Shown in pieces: positions 51,919-61,645 of a DNA stretch of 64,000 nucleotides (positions are counted from its first letter, which is position 1; every line of letters starts with the position of its first letter). The DNA comes from Myxococcota bacterium (GTDB lineage: Bacteria; Myxococcota_A; UBA9160; SZUA-336): positions 2,112,001 to 2,176,000 of the forward strand of contig CBDFGR010000003.1 of the NCBI GenBank assembly GCA_965247115.1, read 5' to 3'. Below the pieces are notes generated by a model. It had not been told where the DNA came from, made no database searches, and saw nothing but the letters and a program-made list of their open reading frames with translations. The translations under genes and the position numbers were made by a program.

Positions 51919-52539
51919 GGTTGCCAGCTCGAAGCGGGAGCCGCGCGCAACGGCGGCGGCACTGGTCACTGGGTTCGTGAGCTTCGCGAACTCGCCGCCG
52001 TCCACCACGGCCCGGGCAACTCCTTCTGCGTCCACCGCGTCGATGACCGAGCTCTGGCCGGCTCGCGGATCGTCGAGCTCGTAGGTCGCCACGTACGAGG
52101 CGCGACCGGCTTCGAGCGGAAGCTCTACGAGAACGAGCGCGTCCCGCCGCACCGTTGCCAGCCAGCCCGAGTCTCCTTCGAGCGGCACCGCACCTGCGAT
52201 CCGCGGCGTGTTGTAGTCGTCCTTCTCGTAGTCGAGCGCGAGCAGCGAGAGCGCCAGCGCGTCGCGGATGGGCATACCCGCCTCGACCTTCTCACTGATG
52301 GGATCGGTGTGGCTGCCGTTGCTGACGATGGCCCACGAGCCGGCCCGGCGCAGGCAGTTGTAGGCGATGTAGGGGTTCTTGGCGATGTCGTCCTCGTGCC
52401 CCTCGCGCGGGACCACCGCGCAGCGTCCGTCGATCTCTACGGCCTTGCGGTTGGGGAACGAGCGCGACGAGACGCGATAGGCGCCGAGGTTCGAGCCTGC
52501 GGTCGTTCTTCCGATCGCCACGATCCTGCCCACGTACAC
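51907..52539 (-). CDS. purO: Archaeal-type IMP cyclohydrolase
   Basis: MYVGR, YRVSSRSFPNR, NPYIAYNC, SNGSHTD, DYEKDDYNTPRIAG, YVATYE; GGAGG RBS. Confidence 0.9.
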   Translation of the reverse strand: MYVGRIVAIGRTTAGSNLGAYRVSSRSFPNRKAVEIDGRCAVVPREGHEDDIAKNPYIAYNCLRRAGSWAIVSNGSHTDPISEKVEAGMPIRDALALSLLALDYEKDDYNTPRIAGAVPLEGDSGWLATVRRDALVLVELPLEAGRASYVATYELDDPRAGQSSVIDAVDAEGVARAVVDGGEFAKLTNPVTSAAAVARGSRFELATSVV

Positions 52540-52704
52540 GGCGCGTCCTCCGTTCGGGCCGATCATAGCCGCTCTCGCCGTGAGCTGTGAGCCGTGGCCG
52601 CTCGGGCGTCGGCGGCCGGTGAGCCGTACCCTTTGCAGGGCGCACCTGCGCGCTCAACTCCGTGGACCGACACCCCGAAACGAGGTCGAGGAGGGCGAAT
52701 CCCC

Positions 52705-54432
52705 ATGTCCGGCTACCTGCACGACGGCATCCTGCTCTACCTGCAAGAGATGGTCGACTGGGACGGGTACTTCCGCTACCGGAAGGGTGAGGACTGCGAC
52801 GTCGAGAGCGAGCGGGCGGCGCTCGTCGGGGTACTCGAGACCTGTGCGGCGATCTGCGAGGAGATAGAGCCGGAGGCCCGGGAGGGCTGGCAGGAGACGG
52901 CGGAGCTCGTCGACGGGAGAGTCGTCCAGCCGCCACACGTCCGGCGTGGGCTCGACAAGCTGCGGCAGGCCGGGCTGTTGAGCCTTGGCGTCTCGGAGCG
53001 GTACGGCGGCTTCGAGCTCCCTGTAATGGTCGTCAACATGGTGATGGAGATGATCTCGCGCGCGGACGCCGCGCTGATGACGATCGTCGGACTGCAGAAC
53101 GGCGTGGCGGATGACATCGAGCGCTACGCAGACGAGGAGCTCTGCCGTCGCTACCTGCCGCGCTTCACGAGCGGCGAGGTCGAGGGAGCGATGGACCTGA
53201 CCGAGTCTGAGGCGGGCTCGGACCTGGGCGGCATCGTTACGCGCGCGACCGAGAGGGACGGCCGTGCCTTTCTCTCGGGCCAGAAAATCTTCATCACGAA
53301 CGGCGGCTGCGAGATCCACCTGGTGCTCGCACGCGACGACGACGCCTTCGAGCAGTCCAAGGGGACCACGAATGGGCTGTCCCTTTTCATCTGTCCCACC
53401 ACGCTGCCCGACGGTACAGCGAACGGTATCGCCGTGGAGCGGCTCGAGCACAAGCTCGGCATTCACGGCTCGCCAACGTGCGTCGTGCGCTTCGACGACG
53501 CGGAGGGCTGGCGCATCGGGACCAAGGGCGGGGGCTTCAGGGCGATGCTCGACCTCATGAACAACGCGAGGCTGGGTGTCGCCGGGCAGGCCGTCGGCAT
53601 CGCAGAGGCCTCAGTCGAGGAGGCCGTGCGCTACTCGACCGAGCGCAAGCAGTTCGGCGTACCGATCGGGGCACAGCCCCTGATGAAGAACATGCTCTCG
53701 CGCATGGTCATGAACCTGGAGGGGAGTCGCGCGCTTCTCTACCGCTGCTGCGTACTCGTCGACCGCAATCGCGCCATCGACGCGTACCTGGCGCGGCAGT
53801 CGGACATCTCCGAGCCGGAGCGCGCCGAGCTTGAGCGGATCAAGGAGCGCAACACCGTGCGCTACCGCCTGCTCACGCCGCTGTCCAAGTATCTCGCGAC
53901 GGAGTGCTGCGACGACATCTCGCGCTCTGCCATCCAGGTACACGGTGGGCTCGGCTTCATGGCGGAGTCAGCGGTGGGCAAGCTCCACCTCGACGGCATC
54001 ATCACGACGATCTACGAGGGCACCTCCGAGATCCAGGTCTCCTTCGCACTGAAGGAGATTGGCAAGGGCGCGCTCACGATCGTGTTCGACGAGCTGCGCA
54101 AAGAGCTCGGTGAGCTCAGCGACTCCACCCTGCTCCCGCTCGCCGATAAGGTCCGCGTCGGCATCGAGCGCATCGAGGACGTCTCGGTCGCGCTGCTCCG
54201 AGACCCGGCCTACGCGCTGCTCTCCGCGCGTTCCGTCGCCGAGATGGTCATCCACGTGATCGTGGGCACCGAGCTCCTGCGTCAGGCACACGCGAGCAGC
54301 TCCCGCTTCGATCTCGCCGCAAGCTGGGTCAATCGCAAGATGCTCGAGCTCGAGATGTACGCGGCCCGCGTCGGAGAAGGCGACGCCGCCCGCATCGAGC
54401 GCTGCGAGAAAATCATCGCCCTCTGGGATTAG
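52705..54432 (+). CDS. Acyl-CoA dehydrogenase family protein
   Basis: MDLTESEAGSDL, GQKIFITNG, EHKLGIHGSPT, MNNARL, RKQFG, QVHGGLG, IYEGTSEIQ. Confidence 0.93.
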   Translation: MSGYLHDGILLYLQEMVDWDGYFRYRKGEDCDVESERAALVGVLETCAAICEEIEPEAREGWQETAELVDGRVVQPPHVRRGLDKLRQAGLLSLGVSERYGGFELPVMVVNMVMEMISRADAALMTIVGLQNGVADDIERYADEELCRRYLPRFTSGEVEGAMDLTESEAGSDLGGIVTRATERDGRAFLSGQKIFITNGGCEIHLVLARDDDAFEQSKGTTNGLSLFICPTTLPDGTANGIAVERLEHKLGIHGSPTCVVRFDDAEGWRIGTKGGGFRAMLDLMNNARLGVAGQAVGIAEASVEEAVRYSTERKQFGVPIGAQPLMKNMLSRMVMNLEGSRALLYRCCVLVDRNRAIDAYLARQSDISEPERAELERIKERNTVRYRLLTPLSKYLATECCDDISRSAIQVHGGLGFMAESAVGKLHLDGIITTIYEGTSEIQVSFALKEIGKGALTIVFDELRKELGELSDSTLLPLADKVRVGIERIEDVSVALLRDPAYALLSARSVAEMVIHVIVGTELLRQAHASSSRFDLAASWVNRKMLELEMYAARVGEGDAARIERCEKIIALWD

Positions 54433-54483
54433 CTACGACTCCCCGTAGGAGGACAAAACGCCTGACGGCAACACTCACGGGAT

Positions 54484-54864
54484 TCAGGGTGTGAACTGGC
54501 CGCGGTGGGTGGCTATCTGCCACGAGTTCCCCCAGGAGTCGCTGACCATCGCACGGCGGTCGCCGTAGGGCATCTCGCGCGGATCTTCGATAGATGTCGC
54601 ACCAGCGTCCAACGCACGCATATATGTGGCATCTGTGTCTTCTACGTAGACGTAGAGGAATGCAGGCTTGACGTCTCGAGCACTCGTCCCACTGATCATG
54701 AGGATCGACTCACCAATCCGGAGCTCTGCAGGCCGCCCAGATTGGTAGTCACCAGTGGCGCCGAATACATGCTTGATGAAACGGACCAGGTTCTCGGGTT
54801 CGTCAACGACGATCCGGGGGGTGACGGTGTGCCAGCCCTCGGGGACGTAGCTAGGGTTTGTCAT
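54484..54864 (-). CDS. VOC/glyoxalase (PhnB-like) protein
   Basis: PEGWHTVTP, AELRIGES, LYVYVEDTD, MPYGDR...DSWGNSWQIATH; codon usage is less GC-biased than its neighbours. Confidence 0.88.
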   Translation of the reverse strand: MTNPSYVPEGWHTVTPRIVVDEPENLVRFIKHVFGATGDYQSGRPAELRIGESILMISGTSARDVKPAFLYVYVEDTDATYMRALDAGATSIEDPREMPYGDRRAMVSDSWGNSWQIATHRGQFTP

Positions 54865-55034
54865 TCTGGGTCCCCTCCGCGCAACTACCATACAAGTTGG
54901 CGGGCCATGGCGGTTCGGTCCCCCGACAGACTGCACTGCAGGCGTATGATGCAGCTCTCAGAATGGTCTGGAGGGACGCCCCGCACGGCCACGCCTGACT
55001 CCCCCCAGAAGCTCGTTCCTACGGGAGGATATGC

Positions 55035-56519
55035 ATGGGCAGTCCGGATCTGGTAATTCGCAACGCACGGATTCTGGACGGGTCGGGTGGCCCGGCGTTT
55101 CCTGGCGACGTCGAGATTCGGGCTGGGCGGATCTCTAGCGTCGGGTCGGCAACCGCGGGCCAGCGAGAGATCGACGCGGTGGGGCAGGTGCTATCGCCCG
55201 GGTTCGTGGATACGCATACCCACGATGACGCGGCGCTGCTCCGATATCCCGGGATGGAGTTCAAGCTCGCTCAGGGGTGCACGAGTCTCGTGATCGGGAA
55301 CTGTGGGTTCAGTGCGGCTCCGAATCGGCCCGAGGGGAGGGAGCCGCCAGGGAGTGGCGGCCTGTTTCGCGGGGTGAAGGCCGAGTGGGAGGACCTCGCC
55401 GGCTACTTCGAGGCAGTGGAGGCGCGAGAGCCCGCGCTGAATGCCGTCGCGCTCGTCGGTCACAATACGACTCGCGCGCTCGTGATGGGTGACGAGGATC
55501 GTGCGCCCAGTGACTCGGAGCTGGCGGAGATGCGCGCGCATACGACGCTTGCGATGGAGCAGGGCGCGTGCGGGTTCTCTACGGGGCTGATCTACCGGCC
55601 CGGGCGCTACAGCGAGACCGAGGAGATCATCGCCGTCGCTGGGCCTGTGGCCGAGCACGCTGGGATCTACGCCACGCACATGCGCGACGAGGGGGACGGG
55701 TTGCTCGACGCGGTGGAGGAGACGTTGCGCATCGGCCGCGAGGTCGGCTGTGCGATCCAGATCTCTCACCACAAGTCGGCCGGCCGCGAGAACTGGGGCA
55801 AGGTCGGCGCCTCGCTGGCGCGCGTCGACAAGGCAAACGCGGAGGGTGCGGACGTCACACTCGACGTCTATCCCTACACCGCGGGCAGCGGTCCCATGAT
55901 CGAGTACTTCCGGCTGGATGCCATCTCGCGCTCACTCGCAGAGGTGGTCCGCATCGCGAACTGTCCAGCCTTTCGCGAGTACGAGGGGCGCATGGTGACC
56001 GAGATCGGCAAAGAGCTCGGGCTGCCCGCGACGGAAGTGGTGCGGAAGATCCTGACCGCGCCGGGCGGCGAGCGGACGATCTGCATCCAGTTCATTATCG
56101 ACGAGGCCGACATCGAGACGAACCTGCGCCACCCGAAGATGATGGTCGGGTCCGACGGGATCCCGGATCTTACCGGGAGTCCGCATCCGCGGCTGTTCGG
56201 CACGTTTCCGCGCGTACTGGGCCACTACGTGCGTGAGCGCAGGGTGCTGTCGCTCGAGGATGCCGTGCGCAGGATGACAAGTCTGTCTTGCGAGCGCTTC
56301 GGACTGCTCGAGCGCGGTCGCATCCGGGAGGGCTACTGGGCGGATCTCGTGATCTTCGATCCCGACCGGGTCGTCGATACCGCGACCTACGACGACCCGA
56401 AGCAGGAGCCGGAGGGTATCCGGGCCGTCATCGTGAACGGCCAGGTCGCCTACGAGGACGGTCGTCACACAGGCGTGGGTGCTGGCCGAATGCTGCGCTA
56501 CAGGAGCCCGGTGGCGTAG
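55035..56519 (+). CDS. N-acyl-D-amino-acid deacylase (D-aminoacylase family amidohydrolase)
   Basis: PGFVDTHTHDD, GNCG, STGLIY, THMRDE, ISHHK, GSDG, HPRLFGTFPR. Confidence 0.92.
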   Translation: MGSPDLVIRNARILDGSGGPAFPGDVEIRAGRISSVGSATAGQREIDAVGQVLSPGFVDTHTHDDAALLRYPGMEFKLAQGCTSLVIGNCGFSAAPNRPEGREPPGSGGLFRGVKAEWEDLAGYFEAVEAREPALNAVALVGHNTTRALVMGDEDRAPSDSELAEMRAHTTLAMEQGACGFSTGLIYRPGRYSETEEIIAVAGPVAEHAGIYATHMRDEGDGLLDAVEETLRIGREVGCAIQISHHKSAGRENWGKVGASLARVDKANAEGADVTLDVYPYTAGSGPMIEYFRLDAISRSLAEVVRIANCPAFREYEGRMVTEIGKELGLPATEVVRKILTAPGGERTICIQFIIDEADIETNLRHPKMMVGSDGIPDLTGSPHPRLFGTFPRVLGHYVRERRVLSLEDAVRRMTSLSCERFGLLERGRIREGYWADLVIFDPDRVVDTATYDDPKQEPEGIRAVIVNGQVAYEDGRHTGVGAGRMLRYRSPVA

Positions 56520-56529
56520 AATGGGAAGT

Positions 56530-57069
56530 ATGAAGACAGCCAGAACTATCGCACTCGTTGGGTTCTCCTTGCTCATGACCGGTTGGAGCTCTGCCGCGTT
56601 CGGAGACGGCATCGAAGTGGGGGGTCGCGCGCCGGGCTTCAGCCTGGCGGGAACCGATGGGAACACGTACTCACTCTCGCAGTTCGCGGGAAAGCAGGGG
56701 GTGGTCCTGGCCTGGTTCCCGAAGGCCTTTACAGCGGGCTGAAGCCTCGAAGTAGAGTCGCTGCGTGACAGCGCCGCTGCAATCCATCGCTTCGATGTCG
56801 CCTACTTCATGGTGAGCCTGGACCCGCTCGACAAGAACAAGGAGTTCGCGGAGTCGCTGAAAGCGAACTTCCCGATCCTCTCCGATCCGGAGGGGCAGGT
56901 CGCGAAGGCCTACGAGGTCTTGGGTGTGGCGCGCTTCTTCGCCAGTCGGACGACCTTCTACATCGATCCCGACGGCGTCATCCGCCACATCGATAAGGAC
57001 GTCGACGTGCGGACGCACGGAGCCGACGTCGCGCGTAAGCTGGGGGAGCTGGGCTTCCCGGAGCGCTGA
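56530..57069 (+). CDS. Peroxiredoxin (BCP/PrxQ-like) selenoprotein with N-terminal signal peptide; in-frame TGA at 56740-56742
   Basis: APGFSL...VVLAWFPKAFTAG*SLE...VSLD...FPILSDP...SRTTFYIDPDG, all in one frame; TGA sits at the peroxidatic Cys position (PxxxTxxC). Confidence 0.85.
56759..56773 (+). promoter_or_regulatory. Candidate bacterial SECIS hairpin
   Basis: CGCTG-CGTGA-CAGCG stem-loop beginning 16 nt after the UGA, with GU in the apical loop. Confidence 0.6.
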
Positions 57070-57076
57070 CCTCGCG

Positions 57077-57760
57077 CTAGCGAGCGCTCGTGAAGGCCGC
57101 GACGTAGTCCGCAAGCTCACCGAGTACCTCGGGGTCGGTGCGTCCCGAGCGTTTCAGGACATGGAAGGAGTGGTCCGCGCCCTCGATCCGGCGGAGCTCC
57201 GCGCGCGCCCCGAGGCCAGCGCACACGGGCGCGAGCAGCTCCGGCTCCGCCAGCTTGTCGCGTGTGCCTTGCAGGAACAGCATGGGAACCTTGACGCTCG
57301 CCAGGTGCTCGCCTCGTTCGGTTCCCGGCCGCCCAGCTGGGTGGAGCGGGAATCCCACAAAGACGATGCCACGCAATCCAGGCCATGCCTCCTCTGACTC
57401 GGCCAGCGAGGTCATCCGGCCGCCCATGGACTTGCCACCGGCAAAGAGCGGCAGATCCCCAAGGACGCCGCTCGCTTTGGCCAGCGCGGCGCGCACGGTG
57501 GCGAGCAGGATCCGGCGCGGGTTCGGTCCCCTTCGTCGTTCCCCCTCTATGTATGGGAACTGGTAGCGAAGCGTCGCGACGCCGCGCTCGGCGAGTCGCC
57601 CGGTCAGAGCCTCCATGAATGCGTGGCGCATTCCCGCTCCTGCGCCGTGCGCGAGTACGAGAAGGGCGTGCGCGTCGCTCGGCTGCTCCAGCAGAGCCGA
57701 GACGCGGCCGGTCTCTGGCGTGACCTCGAAATCGAGCGCGGTCGGAGCTGGCACGCTCAC
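57077..57760 (-). CDS. Alpha/beta hydrolase (KANSL3/Tex30-like)
   Basis: LAHGAGAGM, GGKSMGGR, GFPLHP, QGTRD, GADHSF. Confidence 0.88.
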   Translation of the reverse strand: MSVPAPTALDFEVTPETGRVSALLEQPSDAHALLVLAHGAGAGMRHAFMEALTGRLAERGVATLRYQFPYIEGERRRGPNPRRILLATVRAALAKASGVLGDLPLFAGGKSMGGRMTSLAESEEAWPGLRGIVFVGFPLHPAGRPGTERGEHLASVKVPMLFLQGTRDKLAEPELLAPVCAGLGARAELRRIEGADHSFHVLKRSGRTDPEVLGELADYVAAFTSAR

Positions 57761-57764
57761 GCCG

Positions 57765-58922
57765 TCAGCTCCTCGGTAGTCCGAGTCCACGCTCCGCGAT
57801 GATGTTGCGCAGGATGTTGTTCGTGCCGCCCTGGATCGTATAGGCCGGCGCGTACAGCAGGCTGCGCGCTCCCCGTCCTTCGAGCGGGGCCCTGTGAGAG
57901 TCGAGCGCCAGCTGGGCGGCCGGGCCGAGCAGCTCGCTCGCGCAGTCAGCGATCCGCTGCTCGAGGGACGTGCAGAAGGTCTTGGCCGCCGCCGCCTCAA
58001 AGTTCGGGCTGCGACCCTGCGACAGGATCTCGGCGACCCGATAGATCATGCCCCGCCCCGCACGCCACGCAATCTCGATCTCGGCCAATCGCTGGCGCAC
58101 GAGCGGGCTCGCGGATAGGCCGCGCTCCTTGGCCAGCCGTTTGATGTCGCGCCAGAGCGGGTAGTTCGAGAGCAGGCGCTCGATGCCGCTGCGCTCGTAG
58201 TCGAGCTGCTCCATGATCTGATAGAAACCCCGGTTCTGCTTGCCGATTAGCGAGGTCTGGGGTACGCGCACGCCGTCGAAAAACAGCTCGCAGAAGTGGG
58301 CCTCGCCCACCATGTCTACGATCGGGCGAATCGTGATCCCGGCCGAGTCCATGGGGATGAGCAGCTCGCTGATGCCCTTGTGCGGCGCGGACTCGCCGTC
58401 GGTGCGGGCGACGAGGTAGCAGTAGTCGGCCTCGGCCGCGAAGCTGGTCCAGATCTTCTGGCCGCGGATGATGAAGTCCTCACCGTCCACCTCCGCCCGG
58501 GTCTCCAGCGACGCCAGGTCGCTGCCCGCGTTGGGCTCGCTCATTCCGATGCAGAAGCTGATGCCCGCGCGCTGGATGCGGGGCAGGAACTCGCGCTTCT
58601 GTTGCTCGCTCCCGTGGGCGAGCAGAGCCGGACCAATCTGGCGATCTCCGAACCAGTGGGCCGCGACGGGCGCCGCTGCGAGCAGGAGCTCCTCCGTCAC
58701 GATCAGGCGATCGAGGTAGCTGCGCTCGGCGCCCCCGTATGCCTTTGGCCAGGTCAGGCCGATCCAGCCCTGCTCTGCGAAGCGCCTGGAGAACGCGGGA
58801 TCGTAGCCGGCGATCCAGCCGTCTTCTGGGATCGCACGTCCGGCGCAGGCGGGGTCGCTCGCGAGGAACGCGCGCACCTCCTCGCGCAACTGCGACTGCT
58901 CTTCACTCGGCCGAAAGTCCAT
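57765..58922 (-). CDS. Acyl-CoA dehydrogenase family protein
   Basis: GMSEPNAGSDLASL, GQKIWTS, LDYERS, TIQGGTNNI. Confidence 0.92.
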   Translation of the reverse strand: MDFRPSEEQSQLREEVRAFLASDPACAGRAIPEDGWIAGYDPAFSRRFAEQGWIGLTWPKAYGGAERSYLDRLIVTEELLLAAAPVAAHWFGDRQIGPALLAHGSEQQKREFLPRIQRAGISFCIGMSEPNAGSDLASLETRAEVDGEDFIIRGQKIWTSFAAEADYCYLVARTDGESAPHKGISELLIPMDSAGITIRPIVDMVGEAHFCELFFDGVRVPQTSLIGKQNRGFYQIMEQLDYERSGIERLLSNYPLWRDIKRLAKERGLSASPLVRQRLAEIEIAWRAGRGMIYRVAEILSQGRSPNFEAAAAKTFCTSLEQRIADCASELLGPAAQLALDSHRAPLEGRGARSLLYAPAYTIQGGTNNILRNIIAERGLGLPRS

Positions 58923-58949
58923 GCCCGATGATATCTCGACCGGGACTGG

Positions 58950-60185
58950 CTAGGGGGCCAGGCTCTTGGTGATGCGCTCCATGGCGTCCGTGACACGTTC
59001 GCGCTTCGCAAAGGCCGACAGGCGAAAGTAGCCCTCTCCGCAGCTGCCGAAGCCCGCGCCGGGGGTTCCGATGACGTGCGCGTGATCGAGCAGCCGGTCG
59101 AAGAGCTCCCACGATCCGATCCCGTCCGGTGTCTTCACCCAGGCGTAGGGCGCGTTCGTCGCGCCGTACACGCGCAGACCGAGCGAGCGCATGGCGTCGC
59201 GAATGATTCGCGCGTTCTCCATGTAGTAGGCGATGTTCGCCTCGATCTCGGCCCGACCTCGTTTGCTGTAGCAGGCGGCAGCGCCGGCCTGGACCGGGTA
59301 CGACGTCCCGTTGAACTTGGTCGTGTGGCGGCGGATCCAGAGGCGCTGGATCGAGACCGGCTCGCCGTTCTCGTCGCGGCCCTCGAGCTCGTTCGGGATG
59401 ACCACGAACCCGCAGCGCACGCCCGTGAAGCCCGCGGTCTTGGAGTAGCTCCGGAACTCGATCGCGCACTCGCGGGCACCAGGAATCTCGAAGATGGAGT
59501 GCGGGATGTCGGGCTCCCCGATGTAGGCCTCGTACGCGGCATCGAAGAGCAGGATCGCACCGCTGTCCCTCGCGTAGGCGACCCAGCGGGCGAGCTCGTC
59601 GCGGCTCGCGACGGCCCCCGTCGGGTTGTTCGGGAAGCAGAGGTACACGAGGTCGACCGCCTCGCTCGGGAGCTCCGGAAGAAAGTCGTTCCCTTCTCTG
59701 CACGGCAGATAGATCAGGCCCTCGTACGCGCCCTGCGCGTCGGCGTTGCCGGTCCTCCCCGCCATCACGTTCGTGTCGACGTAAACCGGGTAGACCGGAT
59801 CCGGGACCGCCACGCGGGCGCTCGTCGAGAAGATCTCCTGGATGTTCCCGCTGTCGCATTTAGAGCCGTCGGAGACGAAGATCTCGTCCGGCGAGATCTC
59901 GACGCCCCGCGCCGCATAGTCGTGCTCCGCGATGGCTTCGCGCAGGAACCCGTAGCCCGGCTCCGGTCCGTAGCCACGGAACCCGTCTTCCGTCCCGAGC
60001 TCGTCGATGGCGCGGTGCATCGCGCTGCGAACACTCTCGGGCAGCGGGAGCACGACGTCGCCAATGCCGAGTCGGATCAGCTGAGCCGCGGGATGACGCT
60101 CGGTGAACGCGGCCACTCGCCGGTCGATCTCCGGAAAGAGGTATCCACTTGCCAGCTTCAAGTAAGAGTCATTGATGCGAGCCAT
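58950..60185 (-). CDS. dapL: LL-diaminopimelate aminotransferase
   Basis: [55 protein letters not shown]. Confidence 0.95.
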   Translation of the reverse strand: MARINDSYLKLASGYLFPEIDRRVAAFTERHPAAQLIRLGIGDVVLPLPESVRSAMHRAIDELGTEDGFRGYGPEPGYGFLREAIAEHDYAARGVEISPDEIFVSDGSKCDSGNIQEIFSTSARVAVPDPVYPVYVDTNVMAGRTGNADAQGAYEGLIYLPCREGNDFLPELPSEAVDLVYLCFPNNPTGAVASRDELARWVAYARDSGAILLFDAAYEAYIGEPDIPHSIFEIPGARECAIEFRSYSKTAGFTGVRCGFVVIPNELEGRDENGEPVSIQRLWIRRHTTKFNGTSYPVQAGAAACYSKRGRAEIEANIAYYMENARIIRDAMRSLGLRVYGATNAPYAWVKTPDGIGSWELFDRLLDHAHVIGTPGAGFGSCGEGYFRLSAFAKRERVTDAMERITKSLAP

Positions 60186-60216
60186 GCGGAGCTCCTTGCG
60201 CTCGAGAGGCGGCCAG

Positions 60217-60576
60217 CTAGGGGCGGATCGTGGCGAGTACCAGCTCCGCGAGACCCGGCGCGCTCCCGACCGGCGGTGTGATCTCGTAGCTGAGCTGTGG
60301 ATACCGACTGACGGCGCTCTCCACCAGCCGCGGGATCTGCTCGGAGAGGTGCTGTCCGGGTACCAGGAACAGGGGGTGTACGATCAGCTGCGTGGCGCCG
60401 TCCGCAACGCACGAGGCGATCGCCTGCGGGATCGAGGGCTCGGCCAGCTCCATGTGCGCGATGTAGACCGGAAGATCCGCCGCTCGTCCCCGTACCTCTC
60501 GCGCAACCCACTCCAGGTGCGAGTGGGCCTCGGCGCGGCGGCTGCCGTGATCCACGATGAGCAGCGCGCGAGACAT
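60217..60576 (-). CDS. Single-domain CbiX/SirB-type chelatase
   Basis: [25 protein letters not shown]. Confidence 0.88.
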   Translation of the reverse strand: MSRALLIVDHGSRRAEAHSHLEWVAREVRGRAADLPVYIAHMELAEPSIPQAIASCVADGATQLIVHPLFLVPGQHLSEQIPRLVESAVSRYPQLSYEITPPVGSAPGLAELVLATIRP

Positions 60577-60578
60577 GA

Positions 60579-60872
60579 CTACTCGACCGGACCCCAGTAG
60601 TCCGCGGTCAGCACCAGGTCGTCGTAGACGCGGATCGCGCAGGCCAGGCGCAGCCCGGCACGTATTCGGTTGTTCTGTTTGGTCCGAAGCTCTGCCGCGG
60701 ACTCCCGGCTCACGCTGCCCTCGAGTATCTCCACTCCGCAGGCGGCGCAGATCATCTCATCGCCACAGGCCCTGGCGATGGGGAGGCCGACCTGTCGTAT
60801 GGCGTCGACCAGACGGGCCCCCTTCTGGACCTGCAGCTTCGTGTTTTTCGGCATGAAGCGGACGGTCGGCAT
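60579..60872 (-). CDS. 2Fe-2S ferredoxin
   Basis: ACGDEMICAAC...RLAC. Confidence 0.85.
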   Translation of the reverse strand: MPTVRFMPKNTKLQVQKGARLVDAIRQVGLPIARACGDEMICAACGVEILEGSVSRESAAELRTKQNNRIRAGLRLACAIRVYDDLVLTADYWGPVE

Positions 60873-60903
60873 AGCCCCCCAGGGTAGAGTAAGATGACGA
60901 GCG

Positions 60904-61632
60904 ATGTCGACGGCGGGCCTGCTGATCATCGGCAACGAGGTGCTCTCGGGTAAGGTCGCGGACGAGAACACGCCGTACCTTCTGCCCGAGCTGCGCAAAC
61001 AGGGCGTGGACGTGGGCCGCGTTCACGTGATCCCCGATGACGTCGACCTGATTGCTAGCGAGGTGCGTAGCTTCTCGAGCTCGTTCGACTATGTGCTGAC
61101 CACCGGCGGTGTAGGCCCCACTCACGACGACGTGACGATGGAGGGCATCGCGAAGGCGCTCGGCCGGCAGCTCACCACTCATGTCGAGATGAAGAAGCTC
61201 CTGCTCGGGGCCCTGCGAGGGACGGAGGCGAACGCGAGCCAGCTCAAGATGTGCGAGCTCCCCGAGGGTGCGGGGCTCATACAGGGCGGAGATCTCTGGT
61301 TTCCCCTCGTGTTCGTCAAGAATATCTACATCTTTCCTGGCATCCCCCGACTGCTGCAGGCGAAGTTCGACGGAGCGCGTGACCACTTCAAGGGCAGCCC
61401 CTTTTATCTTCGAAAGATCTTCATGAGCTGCATCGAGAGCGATATTGCCCAGGATCTGCACGACCTGCTCGAGGTCTTCCCGGCTCTCGACCTGGGAAGC
61501 TACCCGAGCACCTCGGCTGTCGACTACCGCACGATGCTCACGCTCGAGTCCCGCGACGCAACGTACGTGGAGAAGGCAGTGGAAGCCCTGCTGACCCGCC
61601 TCCCCTCAGCTTCCATACTCCGAGTGGAGTAA
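60904..61632 (+). CDS. CinA N-terminal / molybdopterin-binding domain protein
   Basis: IIGNEVLSGK, DEN, TGGVGPTHDDVT, FPGIP, GSYP. Confidence 0.88.
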   Translation: MSTAGLLIIGNEVLSGKVADENTPYLLPELRKQGVDVGRVHVIPDDVDLIASEVRSFSSSFDYVLTTGGVGPTHDDVTMEGIAKALGRQLTTHVEMKKLLLGALRGTEANASQLKMCELPEGAGLIQGGDLWFPLVFVKNIYIFPGIPRLLQAKFDGARDHFKGSPFYLRKIFMSCIESDIAQDLHDLLEVFPALDLGSYPSTSAVDYRTMLTLESRDATYVEKAVEALLTRLPSASILRVE

Positions 61633-61645
61633 AGTGGACTGCCCA

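Noticed and set aside
56479..57069. Peroxiredoxin as a nonsense pseudogene or two separate genes
   Set aside because: The sole stop is TGA exactly at the catalytic Cys, both halves are intact, and a SECIS-like hairpin follows; selenocysteine is the better explanation.
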